Shown: piece by piece, positions 11,885 to 26,084 of the stretch | Position numbering within the stretch: the stretch's first letter is position 1 | How the letters are laid out: every line of letters begins with the position of its first letter | Assembly (NCBI RefSeq): GCF_033153115.1 | Contig: NW_026889757.1 | Span: forward strand, 8,370,001-8,434,000 | Direction of reading: 5' to 3' | DNA: 64,000 nucleotides | Source: Saccostrea echinata | Lineage: Eukaryota | Translations under genes and position numbers: made by a program | The notes under the pieces: model-generated | Database searches by the model: none | Seen by the model: only the letters and a program-made list of their open reading frames with translations | What the model was told of the DNA's origin: nothing

Positions 11885-14800
11885 CTAAATAGTTTCTTTT
11901 TTAAATGTATGCAACCTCGCTCCTTCATTTGTGTCCTCCACATCAGGGTTGTCCAAGATGGCGTCGTTCAGAGGTAATGAACTGTCTTTACCATTAACTT
12001 CAATATTCTTTTCCGAATTTAAGAATATGAAATGTTTCTGTGTGTATTCCTTTAATAATTCTTCTCGCTAAAACGATTTGATCGATTGTATTGAAAATTC
12101 ATTAGATAAGTATTCCAATCGATATCATTTATATATCTATAGGTATACAGCAAAAATAACTATTATATCTTAGTATACAGAGAGTGGAATATGTTAATAC
12201 AAGGTGTAAAACCTTACTTAAACACATTTCTCTATAATACTTTACAAAAAACATGTTGCAATTATCATTAAAGTTACAAGTCGTACTTTATTTATTTTTA
12301 AATAAGATAAATTTAATTTGCAAATATGCTTTACTCTTTGAAGATAGACAGTCTAAAAATGCTGAAACTATGGTTAAACAATCAAACAAATATGGTAGAA
12401 ATGAAACTCATTTAGAGAAATACTGAAAATTCATGCTTTGTCAAGGAAAAGTTTACAACGGAAGATGTAACCGAAGCCTTTCATTTCAATATACGTCCTT
12501 CTTACCTTGTGAAATGGAAGTCCAAAGTAGAACTTTTGTTTCAGAGACTTTGGTAAAAACGGCATGAAAACGTCAAAAAATGGCAACATGAACCGAACGT
12601 CTGGTTTGTCATCGCTAAACTTTTCTTAAATTAAAAGTGAAACAAAATTTTAGATAGCTGTTACTGAGGTAACTGTAACAATTTTGAGTAAATCCTTTGA
12701 AGTAATTAGGACATTTTTATGAATTAGTAATTCTGAATCGGTTGACTCTTGGACAAAAAAAAATACTACTTCGTCGCTCGATCCTTTTTTAGATTTAAAA
12801 TATTATGGTGTATCAATAGGAAACAGTTTCAGAAAAATTACGGCATTGTTGGCATTGAAATTCGCTTCCTAAATGTGTTACTAGTTAATACTTTTAAGTA
12901 TGAACTAAATACGTACTTAGAACTAGTGCACTTAATGATCCCACAACCAGACAAATCACTATTCCGATCAGCGCGAGCCACATGTAGGAAATGGAGTAGA
13001 GCTTTTCTAACCCCTCTCTTTAGAAAGGAAGTGTATGTCAATAATCAAAAAAAGATGTACAGAACATTTCATGTCATTGACAACAGTAGCATATCACTGA
13101 ATGATAGCCTGACTTTCTTGGTCTTGAAGGCAATACCTTTTGATTTCTCGAGGCCAAACATGAAGTATTTATCTTATTATGTCTAAGCTATTATTTTTAG
13201 CAAAATTTAACAAACATAGAGAATATAAAGAAATTTTTCCATCGATTTTTTTTTCAGTGGCATAAGAAATGCATATTGTTTAAATCAATTAATTTTAAGA
13301 CTTATATGTTTCTTGTAAAATTTGCATCCTCATGTTCATAATCTTATAAATGAAAAGACACACATACGGTGTATATTCATGGAACACACTAGATACACTT
13401 GATACATCTGATGGAAAGGTATCGGCCGTGGTTGTATAATTGCCAAATGCGACTGTGTCCATCGGGACTGGTTCGCTTCCAGGAGTCTGAACACAGTTAT
13501 CATTAGATGGCATTTCCAACCATGGTTGACGTGGAAGCGTTTTTGAGAAATTCTTCGCCATAGAAATCCAGAATGTGACTAGAGTGCTCACTAGTCCTCC
13601 ACATATTGTTGTCTGACAGAAATTATTGAAAACAAAAATTTAATACATTTATCTAAAACGTTGGATACAATATAATGTAATTTAACATTACTGTTTTATT
13701 TAATGACAATACCCCCTACTTTCTACATGCAGTTTTCATGGATAGCCTCCCATTTATTTTATATACTTCCTGTTTGCTGATGTTCAAAATTACTGCTATC
13801 GAAAATAGAAAGGCTTCTTTAAGCTATATATTAGTAAGGAAGTGTTAAATCTAGTGATGTTTCTAAAATAAAGAGAATTTCACTGTCTATACTTTGCATT
13901 GTCTGGTACAAAATATCAAAAAAGCAGAGGGATTCATTTAACGAAAAGAGTGTGTATGCCTAGTAAACTAACATTCACATATCAAAGGAGGCTTGGATAT
14001 TTGCTCAGTAAAAAAAAAACAAGTCAGTGTAGAAAAATAGGGGGTTCATTCTTAGCCTTACCAGCTCTCTCCCTCTGCCGAATTCCTTTCCATTTTTCAA
14101 TATTTTGTCCCATGTAAATCAATAGTAGGCAGTGGAATACTCAATGTTTCAGACGTATCGTTAGTTTTGCAATTCTTTAAAAATAAATATTTAAATTTAA
14201 TGTTTTCTTTTTCAATAGTTCTCATTTTGAACATTAGCAATCGACCGAAAGTAACAAAGAAAACGGTAAGTTATTCACGAAAACTGCATATAAAATAAGA
14301 AAGTAGCAAGTATTGTCATTTGATGAAAAACTGGTTTCCATACCATAGATATTTATTTTTAAAATATTTCAAAAAAATATTTCATGAAAAAATTCTCGAA
14401 ACTTCTGGGAACACTATATATAAATATCCTTTTTGAATATGTTGTACAGATTTTTTTCCTAAAGTATCAAACCTTTGAGGTAGCCCAAGGGACAAACACG
14501 GCAAACAGAAACATTCCAGACAAAGTACCAGTAAAACAACCAAGAATTGTGCTGGAAATCTGATGAAGATGAAAAGTGAAATTTGCATTCATTTTTTTCT
14601 TAAAATGATAAAGTGTATTTTGCTTTATTAAATTATAGGATCATACTTGCGACATAGGTCCTTTGATTCCAGCGATCATAAATGAGACAGCAATCGATAA
14701 TGCCCCAGATACAAGAACTGTGTAATATTCAAAATCATTCATTATAAATCTGTATAGTCTGTATAAATCTAAAATGATCCAGTTATAAAACTCAAAAAAA

Positions 14801-17800
14801 ATATCCAAAATAAAACAGTTACAAGAACTGTAAATAATAACCAAACTTATTCAGATACTGAAGCTGTAAATAATATCCAAAAATATCAAGTTGCAAGAAC
14901 TGTAAAGAATACCAAAAGTGGTCCAGCTAAAGTGTAAAAAAAATATCGATAATGGTTAGGTCCTAAGAACTGTAAAGGATACGATAATGATCTAGTAATA
15001 ATAACTGTTTAGCATATAGATAATCGTCTAGTTACAAGAATTGTTGGACACAATAATCTAGTAATAAGAGCTACTAGCGTTAGGAATCATGTTTAGATTA
15101 TAAGCTTCTTATACTCATCTGTCTCAAAACTTTTTAAGCATATTTTCAGCAATTGAAATATACTTAATAAGTATGTACTTGTAAGAAAATTTAATCATAA
15201 AATGCACTAAATAATCATTTTAAGTTTTCATTCATAATAAATAAATAAATAAATAAATAAAATCTATGACTTGAAACTTTCTTTTTATTTTTGTTTTTAC
15301 GGAAAGAACATAACAAGGCCAATGGACCATAGCCCTCACCTAAATCACCATTGTTCTGCTTTTCGTCAGAAGTACATTTTGAAAAGATTTTTTTTCCTGT
15401 AGTTTTACATAATGTAATTTTGAACCCCGCCTTAAGTTCCATCCAAATCCAAGGGTCCATAATTTTAACAAATTTCGAATCCAAATTACTAGGGAATGAT
15501 TGCATTTAAATATATTGAGTGTGGCCCTGATACTCTTGAAAAGATTCTTTTAAGATTCTATATATCCTCAAGTAAAACTCATCCCTCGTTTTGGCCTCAT
15601 TTTACTCCCCAAGTCCAATCTCGCTACGAAATGGGATTTTTTTTTTTACATAATAATAAATGTTTCAAATCTGAATTAATTCTTTAAAATATGATTGCCA
15701 AGTATCTCTCCAGGTTCATCCAAAGGTTCATCCAAAAAGGGGGATGAAACTTCCTAACTCAGACTAACAACAAAACTTACATCACAAATATTTCAGTTGT
15801 AATTAAGGATTATAATATCTTTCATTTTAAATTAAAGAAACAAAAAGAGAAACTGATACATTCAAGAAAGAACAAGTTTAACAATAAAACCTGACAGTTT
15901 TGATACAAAAGTTAGGCGTTGATCCGAAATCGAGGGAAATATCTGTTTCACAATGTCTTCCGCTGCCATTGCCGATAGGCTACTCAAACCAGATGACAAA
16001 GTACTAAAACGGAAAAAAAATTTAACGGTTAGGTTTACATCTAACACTGTTTTTATTATAAAATTCTAACACAACTGTTCGGTAAATTGCATTTTTTGGC
16101 TATTGCACTGATGTTTGAAGGAGTTAGAAACGAGAGTGAAAGCTTCTGATTGTGACATGACAATAATAAAACGACGCAAAAGAAAAACTGCGCTGACGTG
16201 ACGTATTTCATAAAACAAACCCCACATAATAAGATGTAAACATCAAATAACATGCATACATTGCATTATAATGGGAATAACTATCTTCTCATCATCATAT
16301 TCTCATTTGTTATTCGTTAATGCTGATTTCCTCTGACGCGTCACCTGTAAAACTCAGTTTACGACCATTAAATCAGCATTAACGGTCGCAAATAACAATT
16401 AAATGAGAGTTATTCCCCAATCGAGGTGCTTGGAAAATAAAACCTGTGTCTGTGATTAAAATGCAAGTCAGAAATATGTTTATACGCCCCACCTAATAGG
16501 ACCAAGTAGAAAAGCACAGTGTATATAGTGCCTTTCTTGAATCATGGCGCAGCAATATTAAACGATATGCTGTCAAGTTGTCACACTTACAAAAGTTAAG
16601 TTGTGATTAATGTATTTTTTAGAGAAAGGAGGTGAGAATGGGATTCTTTCATCGGCTAAACCCAGTAATACTTGAGGAGAAGTTACAAAAATGGACTTTT
16701 TCTGTTTGTCTTGCTCTTATTTCCTGTGTTGTAAGCTAGGGGACAAAACCAATCTCATCGGAGAAGTGCGTTTTGTGTTAGACTAAAATAGCCTGGTTCC
16801 TTGACTCATCCTTGCAAAGTGCCGTGGAGTACACGAAGCATAACAGAGCCAGGGAACCAGACTTAGACTAAAATGAATGCGTAGAGTTAGCTTAGTTTGG
16901 CGCGTTGGCCATAGTGCTAATGCACTTTGTTTCATATTACAACGTCATTTTTAGTGATTGCCAAATGGTGAGCTTTTTCATTAAAGTGTGATTTATTTTT
17001 TTTATTTTTTTTGAAAAATGAGCTGCTTCTGTATTGCACATAACTCCAGTTGATATGTTTGTGATGTAGGTTCATTAATTTAATGAAATCACTAATTACT
17101 GTAGACAAGTTCATTTATACATAATTATAACATGGTCATTCAAAAAATAATTATAAAAACTGCATTTTAAATTGCTTGACATCAGTTCACCTTTTTTTCT
17201 ATAATTTTTATCAAAGTTCAGAACAATTAATTTGCTATACTTTACCTTAAAGAGGCGCTGAACAAAGATGCCATAAAGAGCCCGGGCATTCCAGGCAGAT
17301 GCTCAAAAATTTCCAGCACCAGGTATGGGATTATCTTTCAAAGTTTTCATACAAATAAATAACCAAAAAATTATTTATCAAGTATTGTTAACTAAAATCA
17401 AAAGAAATTTTCTTCAATAAATGCTTGGGGGAGAGATTCTCAAATAAATCATAACTGAGAATTTTTTTAAAAAGCATTTCAGACTTAAACATCTAGATTC
17501 CGATATTTCAGGTACGTAATTATATTTAAATGAAAAAATGAAATTAATTATGAAATCCAAATACAGTATGAAAATTTCAATCGAATTTTGACGCCATAAT
17601 AGTGATAGAGAGATGAGAATCTGCACACTGTTAATGAAGTTATCAACTACAAAAGAGCAATATTGAATAATAACTGTATTGACCGGTACTGAGTTTATTA
17701 CTGTAGTCTTTCTGTTGTCCTGGTCCAGTTATTAGCTCCATATGTCTTAGAATACAATAGATTTATCAGCCAACAATGACTGCACAAATGTTATACATTA

Positions 17801-20800
17801 TTAGACAAACTTTCAAAGAAGCATACCTGATTTGGATTCTTAATCCGACCGGAAGTTAGTGGATCACATCGTTTCTTGTAATAATACGCATAAGCAACTA
17901 GTCCTTCGAATAAGGGCAGGGATAAAGTAATGCAGAACAATGGACCGGTGATCAAAAATATCCTAGAAATAGTTTCATCTTAATTTACATGTATTGTGCC
18001 TATCATGAAGATAAGTCTGGAAAAGAGCTAGCGATGATAATTTCTTGAAACATATACTATAAATTTTATGATGTGCGTGTATTGGAGCATTTTTGTTCAA
18101 ACAGATTTCATTTTTATTATTTATACTAATGGGAAAAAGTTACATATTTAAATAATAAGATACCTTAGATACCAGGCATGCATACTAGTATTCATTTATT
18201 ATTTTAAATACATGTAACAAATACTTTAATCTCGTACACTGTACAAGATCATTTTGTTTTGCAAACATTTTTCTTTGATAACAACTGCTCATTAGAAACT
18301 CATAATTCATATATAATTTCAAAACTTAGCAATTCAATGTAAGAAAAAAAAAGAATGGAGATGTCTTCAAAAGATTCACAGTCAATAATGGGCATGACCG
18401 CATGTAGCATCGACGCATGGTTGATATTTAAAAAGACAGTGATGTCCTAAATCAAGAAAAATTTCCTGACCCAGTTCAGCAACATCATCGGTGGAGTTGT
18501 GCTTTAAATTTTTTCTAATATTTTTAAGGATTAAAGATCATAGGAAGCAGCAGACAAATGCATTACATTCATGTTCTGCTGTCTAAGAAACTTACTAAAG
18601 AAGAATGCCTTCATACATGCTCTGTTGTTTAACAAACTCACTAATATAAAGATGAAGACGTTCATACCATGTCTTTCGTGTCTTGTTTATACCTTTAAGT
18701 AAGATTTCGATAAAGTGCGTGATATGTTGTTGAACAATTATGAACCCTTTACTGAATTATTGTTGATAGATTTCCGTTGATGACCACCATGGGTGTTCCT
18801 CCACTAATAGTTATGCTTCTCAAACCATCACTCTACGCCAACAAAAGGCATTGTGAAAGATAAACGATTGTGAAGCTTTTGTTACTTTCCTACACTGCCC
18901 TCCAAAAACAGTTAAACTTATTGTCTCAAGTTCCACATTTTTCCAGTTGTTGAACTTGAATACTAGAAAAGAATTACGTAGATGAACTACCCTAATCATA
19001 TTGCCTGCCGGAGAGTTGCCACTCACGGTAATCCTGAAAGAGGACGGTATTGCATGGTTCCATATTAAGGACAGTTCGGTGAGAAGAATTGTATAGTGTT
19101 CTATTGCAATCAAAGGTGTTCTGAAAGTCTTGTTTTTGCCATTTCAGCCTCAGGCATGCTGAAGACGCAAAGCCGAGAAGTTCAAAAAGGATCGTGGATT
19201 AATATAAAAAAAATGCAGTTACTTCTCAGAGTTTTAAAATTTTAATTAAAATGTTTGCTCTGTTTCTAATCAGTAGTATGCATGGCAGTATTTCATTTGA
19301 AATTTAGGGCAAAAAAAATGACCAAAGCATAACATTTCTCGAATCTCCTCTCTCACTTTAGGCATTTTTTGCAGAGGACAAGGACTTGTTTTTACGAAAT
19401 GCTAAAGATATGTAAAGTTTCTGATTCTGAAAGGTTAATGAAATCTTGGGCGTGCTGAAGTTGTGGTATTATGTATTTTATTGGAGAGGGAGTGGGTATT
19501 CCCAACACTTGTTTTCAAGCACTTGCTCGAATTTGAAAGAAACAAACTCGCGTTTCTTGCCAGATGCCTATGTGTTTTCGGTATATACTAAAATGTATTA
19601 CATGAAGAAGAAGTGTTCTACAAGATCTGAAAAAGGAAAACCCAAAAGTTTGTGTTTTAACATAATAACATACTCAAAGTTGTGCATTTAAGTTAGAATA
19701 TGCATACATATATAGAAAATATTGTAATGCTGCCTGCAAAGAATACGGCAAAGGACAAAGTTGTCGCCAAAATGTCAGATTTATCTTGAACATTCGACTG
19801 ATATTATTCGATGTTATAAAAATCAATACATTGAATTCTGCTATTAAAGTTCGATGCCCGACTTGTACTAGGGTTCTCCCAGAAAATGCAAACTTTTAAA
19901 AAATATTTCACAAACTACCCGACCAAAATTAATTATTTAAAAAATGTTAGGAAATGATAGTTTTGTTATTGTGACATAATATAATGAGGTCGTAATGAGG
20001 TAATGATACTATAATATGACTTTAGAAATTGCATTTATAGGGTGTTAAAAATCGGTGGTCGTCGCACCGCATTTTTTTCACTTTTAGAAACAGCAATGTC
20101 ATCGACGTTTTGTTTGTACAGATTGTTCTAAAATTTAATGACAAAATTAAGATCGCAAAAAATATAATCTGAATTATCAATTTGTGAAAATTCATTAATG
20201 TTACATCATAAATGGAAATTATATTATGTTAAATGTAAAAACACTTTCCGTTAGATATTGTCAAAAAAAAAATGGCGACGTAAGGCAATAAGGCTCATTC
20301 CGCTATTGAACGCAATATGACTCCTCTACATAAAGGAAAAGAGATGGGAACGAGTTAACGACACAGATAGTTGGTTTATACCTGATACAAGAGGTTCAGG
20401 GATGAATAGATTAGTTATCCTATGGCAGAGGCGCTTGATAGACCAAAAAAGACGAAAAACTGAAGCTTGCCGTTATACGCGAAGATCGCCGTTCAATTAC
20501 TCGAGAAGTTCATGACGGAGTTGGAAAGGACAAGGTATGGTAAAGGCCGAATCTGGCCCCTTATTTGATGTAAAAATCAGTTAAAACTGTGATAGGTTGT
20601 TGTTAAGAACTTAAAATGATGCTTGTTTTAAAACCAGCACTAATTTTCATTCAAAGCTTACAAGGAGGCCACAAGAGGGTGCAGAAGTAAGACATTTTCC
20701 CGAATTTCCTCAATTCTGGTGGAATTTCGTCAAGTTTAAGATACTTTTCACTTCGGGAAACATAGAACACAAGCTTGCCTATCTGAGATTTTTATACACA

Positions 20801-23800
20801 AGATGCATCTGATACTAGTGTATGAAATATTCAAATTTGGTAGATAGGCAAGCTTGTGTTCTATGTTTTCTAAAATATAATGTGCTGTAAAATCGATGAA
20901 AATTTGACTAAAATGAGAAAATTCGGAAATTGACATATTTTCTTACCTTCCTGTGACCTCTCTGTATCCCATAACTTAGAACCAATACTCATTTTGTGGT
21001 AGGGGTGACAACAGGTTTTCATAGATAAACTGTTGCATCATTCTAAAAGATACCCCAAACCATGGGCCAAAAGGGGGTCTTAGCCTATCTTGTCATTGTC
21101 TATTCAAAGAATTCATTTTGCGATCTTTTTATAGTATGTCTGAGATGGATAACTTACTTACCCTCTGAAAATCAAATGTACTAAATTACTGCTTCAATAA
21201 AAATCTTTAAAATGAGGTACATTTCCTTAACAAAGTCACAAACGCCACGAACTTCGTTTTGACGTCTTCAGTGTTGCATCGACAAATATGTTGTAATATT
21301 TGTTTAACTAAGAGGAAAATGTTATTTATAAATATATTTCTTTAAAATTTCTATGTAGAATTCGAAAAATGTCGATAATATACCTGTCAATTTTTAACTT
21401 AAAAACATTAATGACACAAAAATTAGTGAAAATATTCGAGATTTTCTGAGACAACCTTCGTATAACAGCTCATTTTACCTTTAGAAAAACTTAAGTGGAC
21501 AGTCGCTTTTGACCAAGAGTATTGATAATAATCACATTATTTTTTTTCTGAAAATATTCAAGTTAAATTGGATACAACCCCTTCAGTGGACATCAGTCTG
21601 TGCGAAGTAATACAGTACTTTATTACATCTACTTAACAATTAAACTTACTTCCTGGCCATGCTCATTTTCGGTGTAGACGATATCCGCTGTATGGAGGAC
21701 TGGTTGAAGGCAATACTGAGAATTTTAACTGTATTCCCGACAAACAGCGTCCAAAAAGTATGACGAACAAAAGGGTCAGGGTTGAAGCTGAAATTCAACA
21801 TCTGACTTATTGAAGATAAGAATTTATAGTATTCATTTTTAATGGCATCATAACCATCAATTTATTCGGAATTCTATCCAAATTGTATAATGAAGCCTGA
21901 TCAGTATTCGAATCAAAGGCCTGATATTCCAATGTCACACTCACTCTAATATATCCAGTCTTTTTGTAGCTTTGTTGATGTTAAATACATTTCCAACACC
22001 ACCAGCAGAAATGGTTCCCTAAAACATACATTTTACAGGTTTATAAAATCCCAGAAAAACGAAGATTTTATTTCGTGACATATCCTGGAAAATAATTAAT
22101 GACGAGACAGAAAAATACTTTAGTTGCTATGATGGTACATTTTGTCGTTTTGTACAAATTGTCGTTGACGACAATATGCACCTATCCTCCCTGCACATAT
22201 TGTCGTTTATCGGAACATATTGCCGTCGGTTGCAAAACAAAATACGCAAACATTGTCGCTTGCATATTGTACATTACATATCGGCAAATATTGTCGTAGG
22301 AGACAATATGTGCTGCAAACATCTGTACATTTGTCACCAAAATTACTGTTTTGAAGAATGTGTAAATGGGGTCAGAGAGAGAGAGAGAGAGAGAGAGATT
22401 CTCAATATATTTTTATGAATTTATATTTTAATCATATGTTATATACAGTGCACCTTGTCTTTTGAATAAAGCATTTTATGGTAGCTGTTTCGTTAGCGTT
22501 AAAAATTACAACATTGTGTAAAATTAATTGGATATAAGAAAAGTCATGATCTCAAAACAGATGTTCAATATCTACTTGAATCTACTTGAATACTTGAATT
22601 AAAATGGCGAATATCCCTGTCATCATCACCACTGTTTGGAAGACATCGGTCCAAATTACTGCTTTTATTCCGCCCTAAAATAGAGAGTCTTATTCTGGTA
22701 GTACACTGCAACAGTAAGGTTTGTAAGGACTGTTTTAGTGCAAAATTTAATTAATTAAGGTCTGACGACACGTTCCTCGAATATCTGTTCCATATCTCTC
22801 AATAATACATTGTGTAAGAAAAAAATATTCATAATTATCATTATCTTGTGATTTTTAAACTGCTTTTTTAAATGTCTTAAAAAAAAATACACAAAAATTG
22901 TGATATTGACAATTCAAGAGATTTCCATTATATAAAATTATACAGAAAACTCCATTATATGGTATCTTGCACATATGCCTGGTAAGGTTCCTCAAATTTT
23001 TTGTGAGGAAACTTCTTAAAGTAGCAATACTTCAATGATAAATTCTTAGAAATAAAAATATATTTTTGAGGGACGTATCGTGTAACCTTAAGTTTACAAA
23101 AATACGGCTCATTTTAGGATTTTTTAAAAGTTTTGCCTGAGTTATTGGTGTGTAAAACACCCAAACTTTTTACGTAGGCATATATTATGAAGTGCGCTAG
23201 CGCTTCCTGAAATACAGTGCACTTCATGTCTGGGTGATTTATACACCAATAATTCACACTTAACTTAAAAATAAAGCATTCCTTATGTTTACATTTATAA
23301 ATTTAAAAACACCAAAATATAATCAGAGTTTGAATATCTCGCTCCACTATAATTATATCGTTTTACTTTTATGAACGTCTCATCTGTAGCCTCATCATGA
23401 CGTCACATTAGTTTCTCCATGTATATTTCTATGAGTGAGTATACACGAAAATGGCATTCAAATCAATTTCATGTTGGTGAAGTATAAAAACACAGCAATT
23501 GTAAATGGTTATAAATATGTTTGAAATAAAATGACAGGTAAAGAAAAAAAATTCTTATCATGTAAGTATTCAGCTTAAAATACTTCTTTACCAATTGCTA
23601 CCTTTAAATGGCGTTATAATTGAAACTATGCTTATTCTTGTAAAGGTCTTTACCAACTGATACCTATAAAGATTTAAGGAAACTCACGATGGACGTATAT
23701 AACATGGCTCCTAGGGCAACAGCCAAAACGGAGGCCCAGTAAGGAAAATCTGTGACTTTTAAAAGGAAGAAGATACAGAAGGCAAGTATAAATTAAAATC

Positions 23801-25527
23801 ACTTTTTTACATACATTTAATTATCTTTCCAACGAAAAGAAATCTTCTTTTAGATCATCAAGAAGATATACTTTCTTCATTACAAACTGGATACATATAC
23901 AAAACAACTGAATTTCCTATTCATTGTTTCAATAAAATAATAAGATTCATAAGCATGGTTTGAATCGAGGTCATTTATTAATCGAATCGGTTTATAAATA
24001 CCTGATTCCAATGCAATAGCAGGACCAAACAGCACAATGCCCATATAAAATATCTATAAAGGTTCGTCAAAAATAAGTTTTTATTGTCAATTTCTAATTC
24101 AATTGTCAATTTCAATTTCAATTAAGGTAGCTTATTTGTAATATATAGTTTAATATAATTAATTATCAGATGCAACTCCTTATTTCTATTGTTCCTGCTG
24201 AAAACATTAAAACAAAGATATATTTACATCGGGAACAAAGATTAATTTGCGAAAGAATTTGCTGTAGCATGTATAACGTAATATCTAAAGGTGGAAAAAG
24301 ATACAACAAATATTCAATATCATTAAATAGATTATGAGTCAATACTTACGTAATACATTGCTCCTATTATCATAGCAAATACTCGAACCCATTTGGACTG
24401 AAACCGCAATTCCATGTACTGATAGAAAAATCAAATATAAGAACACACTTCGAAAATGTATGGATCATTGGAGTGACAAAATTCATTTTGCATATTTTTG
24501 ATGATAAGACATAGAAAAGATATTTGGCTATAAAGATTATTTTCTAGAATTAAAAGTATCAATTATGTTCGAGTGGTATGTAGAGAAACATACATAACAC
24601 GAACACATAGGTAAAAAGAAACACGCAGGACGACCACCTTCTGTGTTGTGTTCCATTTATCCATACCTCTACTTTGCTTTCAAATATGGACAGGGCTTAA
24701 AGTATGAAGTTGCAAAACTGTAATTTAATTATCACAATTTCTCTTTTCGTCCAAGAGTATTGAGAATCACGATAGGTTTGGTCAACAAGAAAAAATTAAC
24801 TCATATGTCAAGTATTTTATACTATTGCATTACTTCAGTACTTCCGTGACTTACCAAGTGAATGCAAAATGCATGAAAAAAGTATTTACTTTTAAGGTTT
24901 CTAACCAAGATTCCCGTATATGAACAAAAACTATGAGTGGTAGATTCCCGCATATGAACAAAAACTATGAGTGGTAAAAAACGAAATACTGAGTAAATGT
25001 ATCAATAATTTCATTGCCTGTTTCAGATGTGCTTTTGAAAACGTTGAGTATGTAAGTGTCCTCTAAAACGTTAGAAAACGATTCATATGCCTTTCAATTT
25101 TTTTTCTACTGCAAAAAAATACATTTGCTTTCGTTTATTAAAGATTTTATTTAAGAATTTTTTTTTCTGTCTCTCAGATACCTACCTCATAAACGCTAGT
25201 AAGCTTTAAAGGATAAATCAAAGGCACAACAATGAAAAGACCCAGCAACAGACCAGTCATAACTCCAACATTGTACCAGATGTATTGAAGACCGTAAACA
25301 TAAGCTTCCGCCGGAAATCCAAGCATCATGATGGAGGACTCGAAAGACACCATCAAGGAAAGTGCTAAGGGCAGTATCTTCATCTGACGGTTGCCAACCA
25401 AGTACTCCGAGGTAGTACTTTGTCTTCCACCAGAAAATGCATAGAAGATACCTATTCCTAGGGAAATTAACACTGTCGCCCCAAAGACACAGTAATCCGC
25501 TAAAACAAAACCTGGGTGACTGTACAT
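11885..25527 (-). CDS. SLC5 family Na+/solute symporter (sodium-coupled monocarboxylate / multivitamin transporter-like; SLC5A5/6/8/12 group), 655 aa, 16 coding exons
   Basis: Exons 25527-25186, 24418-24350, 24053-24002, 23755-23688, 22674-22594, 22018-21945, 21787-21650, 17962-17827, 17334-17246, 16003-15891, 14717-14647, 14559-14473, 13612-13368, 13017-12917, 12624-12506, 12067-11885. Total 1968 nt, open frame. Hallmark motifs: EYLVGNRQM, LGFPAEAYVYG, LTSVYEYMELRF, GGIKAVIWTDVFQ, DFNPDPFVRHTFW, CDPLTSGRIKNPNQIIPY, PGMPGLFMASLFSASLSTLSSG, LYSISYMW. Confidence 0.95.
14705..15075. repeat. Degenerate ~35-36-bp minisatellite overlapping the SLC5 exon-11 acceptor
   Basis: AAGAACTGT recurs at ~14713, 14823, 14895 and 14965, with more degenerate units between; spacings are near multiples of 36. 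Confidence 0.65.
16272..16418. repeat. Imperfect palindromic element
   Basis: GGGAATAACT...GTTAATGCTGATTT ... AAATCAGCATTAAC...AGTTATTCCC nested inverted repeats. Confidence 0.55.
16790..16863. mobile_element. 74-bp mini-MITE with 11-bp TSD
   Basis: TAGACTAAAAT|AGCCTGGTTCCTTGACTC ... GAGCCAGGGAACCAGACT|TAGACTAAAAT. Confidence 0.8.
20270..20528 (+). mobile_element. Tc1/mariner transposase N-terminal remnant
   Basis: Decayed translation MTPL...LVYT*YKRFRDE...DRPKK...VIREDRRSITREVHDGVG resembles the mariner HTH region (W.KRF..G...GRP...EDRR.T.RE....VG). Confidence 0.6.
20529..21094. mobile_element. Foldback MITE
   Basis: Degenerate TIRs GACAAGGTATGGTAAAGG..TGGCCCC / GGGCCAAAAGGGGGTCTTAGCCTATCTTGTC, plus a perfect internal 27-bp inverted repeat AAACATAGAACACAAGCTTGCCTATCT. 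Confidence 0.65.
22135..22330. repeat. Cluster of CATATTGTCG / GACAATATG motifs (MITE subterminal-type repeats)
   Basis: Motif repeated in both orientations; an (AG)n tract follows at ~22375-22398. Confidence 0.45.
23142..23252. repeat. Imperfect palindromic element
   Basis: TTATTGGTGTGTAAAACACCCA ... ATGAAGTGC ... GCACTTCAT ... TGGGTGATTTATACACCAATAA. Confidence 0.55.
24908..24975. repeat. 34-bp tandem duplication
   Basis: AGATTCCCG(T/C)ATATGAACAAAAACTATGAGTGGT x2, one mismatch. Confidence 0.9.
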
Positions 25528-26084
25528 TTCCTTTTAATATGTCCTCTTACAATTAAATAATGTAATCTTTCCCTTTCCTACAAATACTTATCTTCAGATC
25601 TTTTGATACTGTTGATGTTATGAATGTCCATCACGTATTAAATTTTACTTACTTTCGAAGTTCGTGACTTGAATAAATTTTCATCAATTTGCATTAATTC
25701 ATTTAGATTTATTCTACTATAAGTTTAGTGTAATATAATATAAGCGAAAAATGGGAATATTAGAATAAAATAGGTTGCTTTTTTGACTTCTTACTAAACT
25801 TTTTGAACTTACACTGATCAATAGCGATAATCTATATAATTTGCTTATATCTGAAGGGAAAAACTTTTATAATAATATTGAGAGGTTTTTATTTTCTTTA
25901 TATTATCTTAAAACAAGCTTAATTAGAGTCAGAGAAAATCAATAGGCATATCTTTCAGTAATATTGACTAAAGGTATAAAAATTTCAGTGCAAAACCTCA
26001 AAAAAAGAAAGATATATTGTTTGACCTTAACCTTGTGACCTAAAAATCGAAAGGGGTCTTCTGAAAGTCATTGAGCGTTATGAT

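Noticed and set aside
12749-13186. 145-aa plus-strand ORF
   Set aside because: Antisense to SLC5 exon 14, TTG start, no motif.
11885-25527. Assigning a specific symbol (SLC5A6, SLC5A8 or SLC5A12)
   Set aside because: Invertebrate members of this clade are usually not one-to-one orthologues; a phylogeny is needed.
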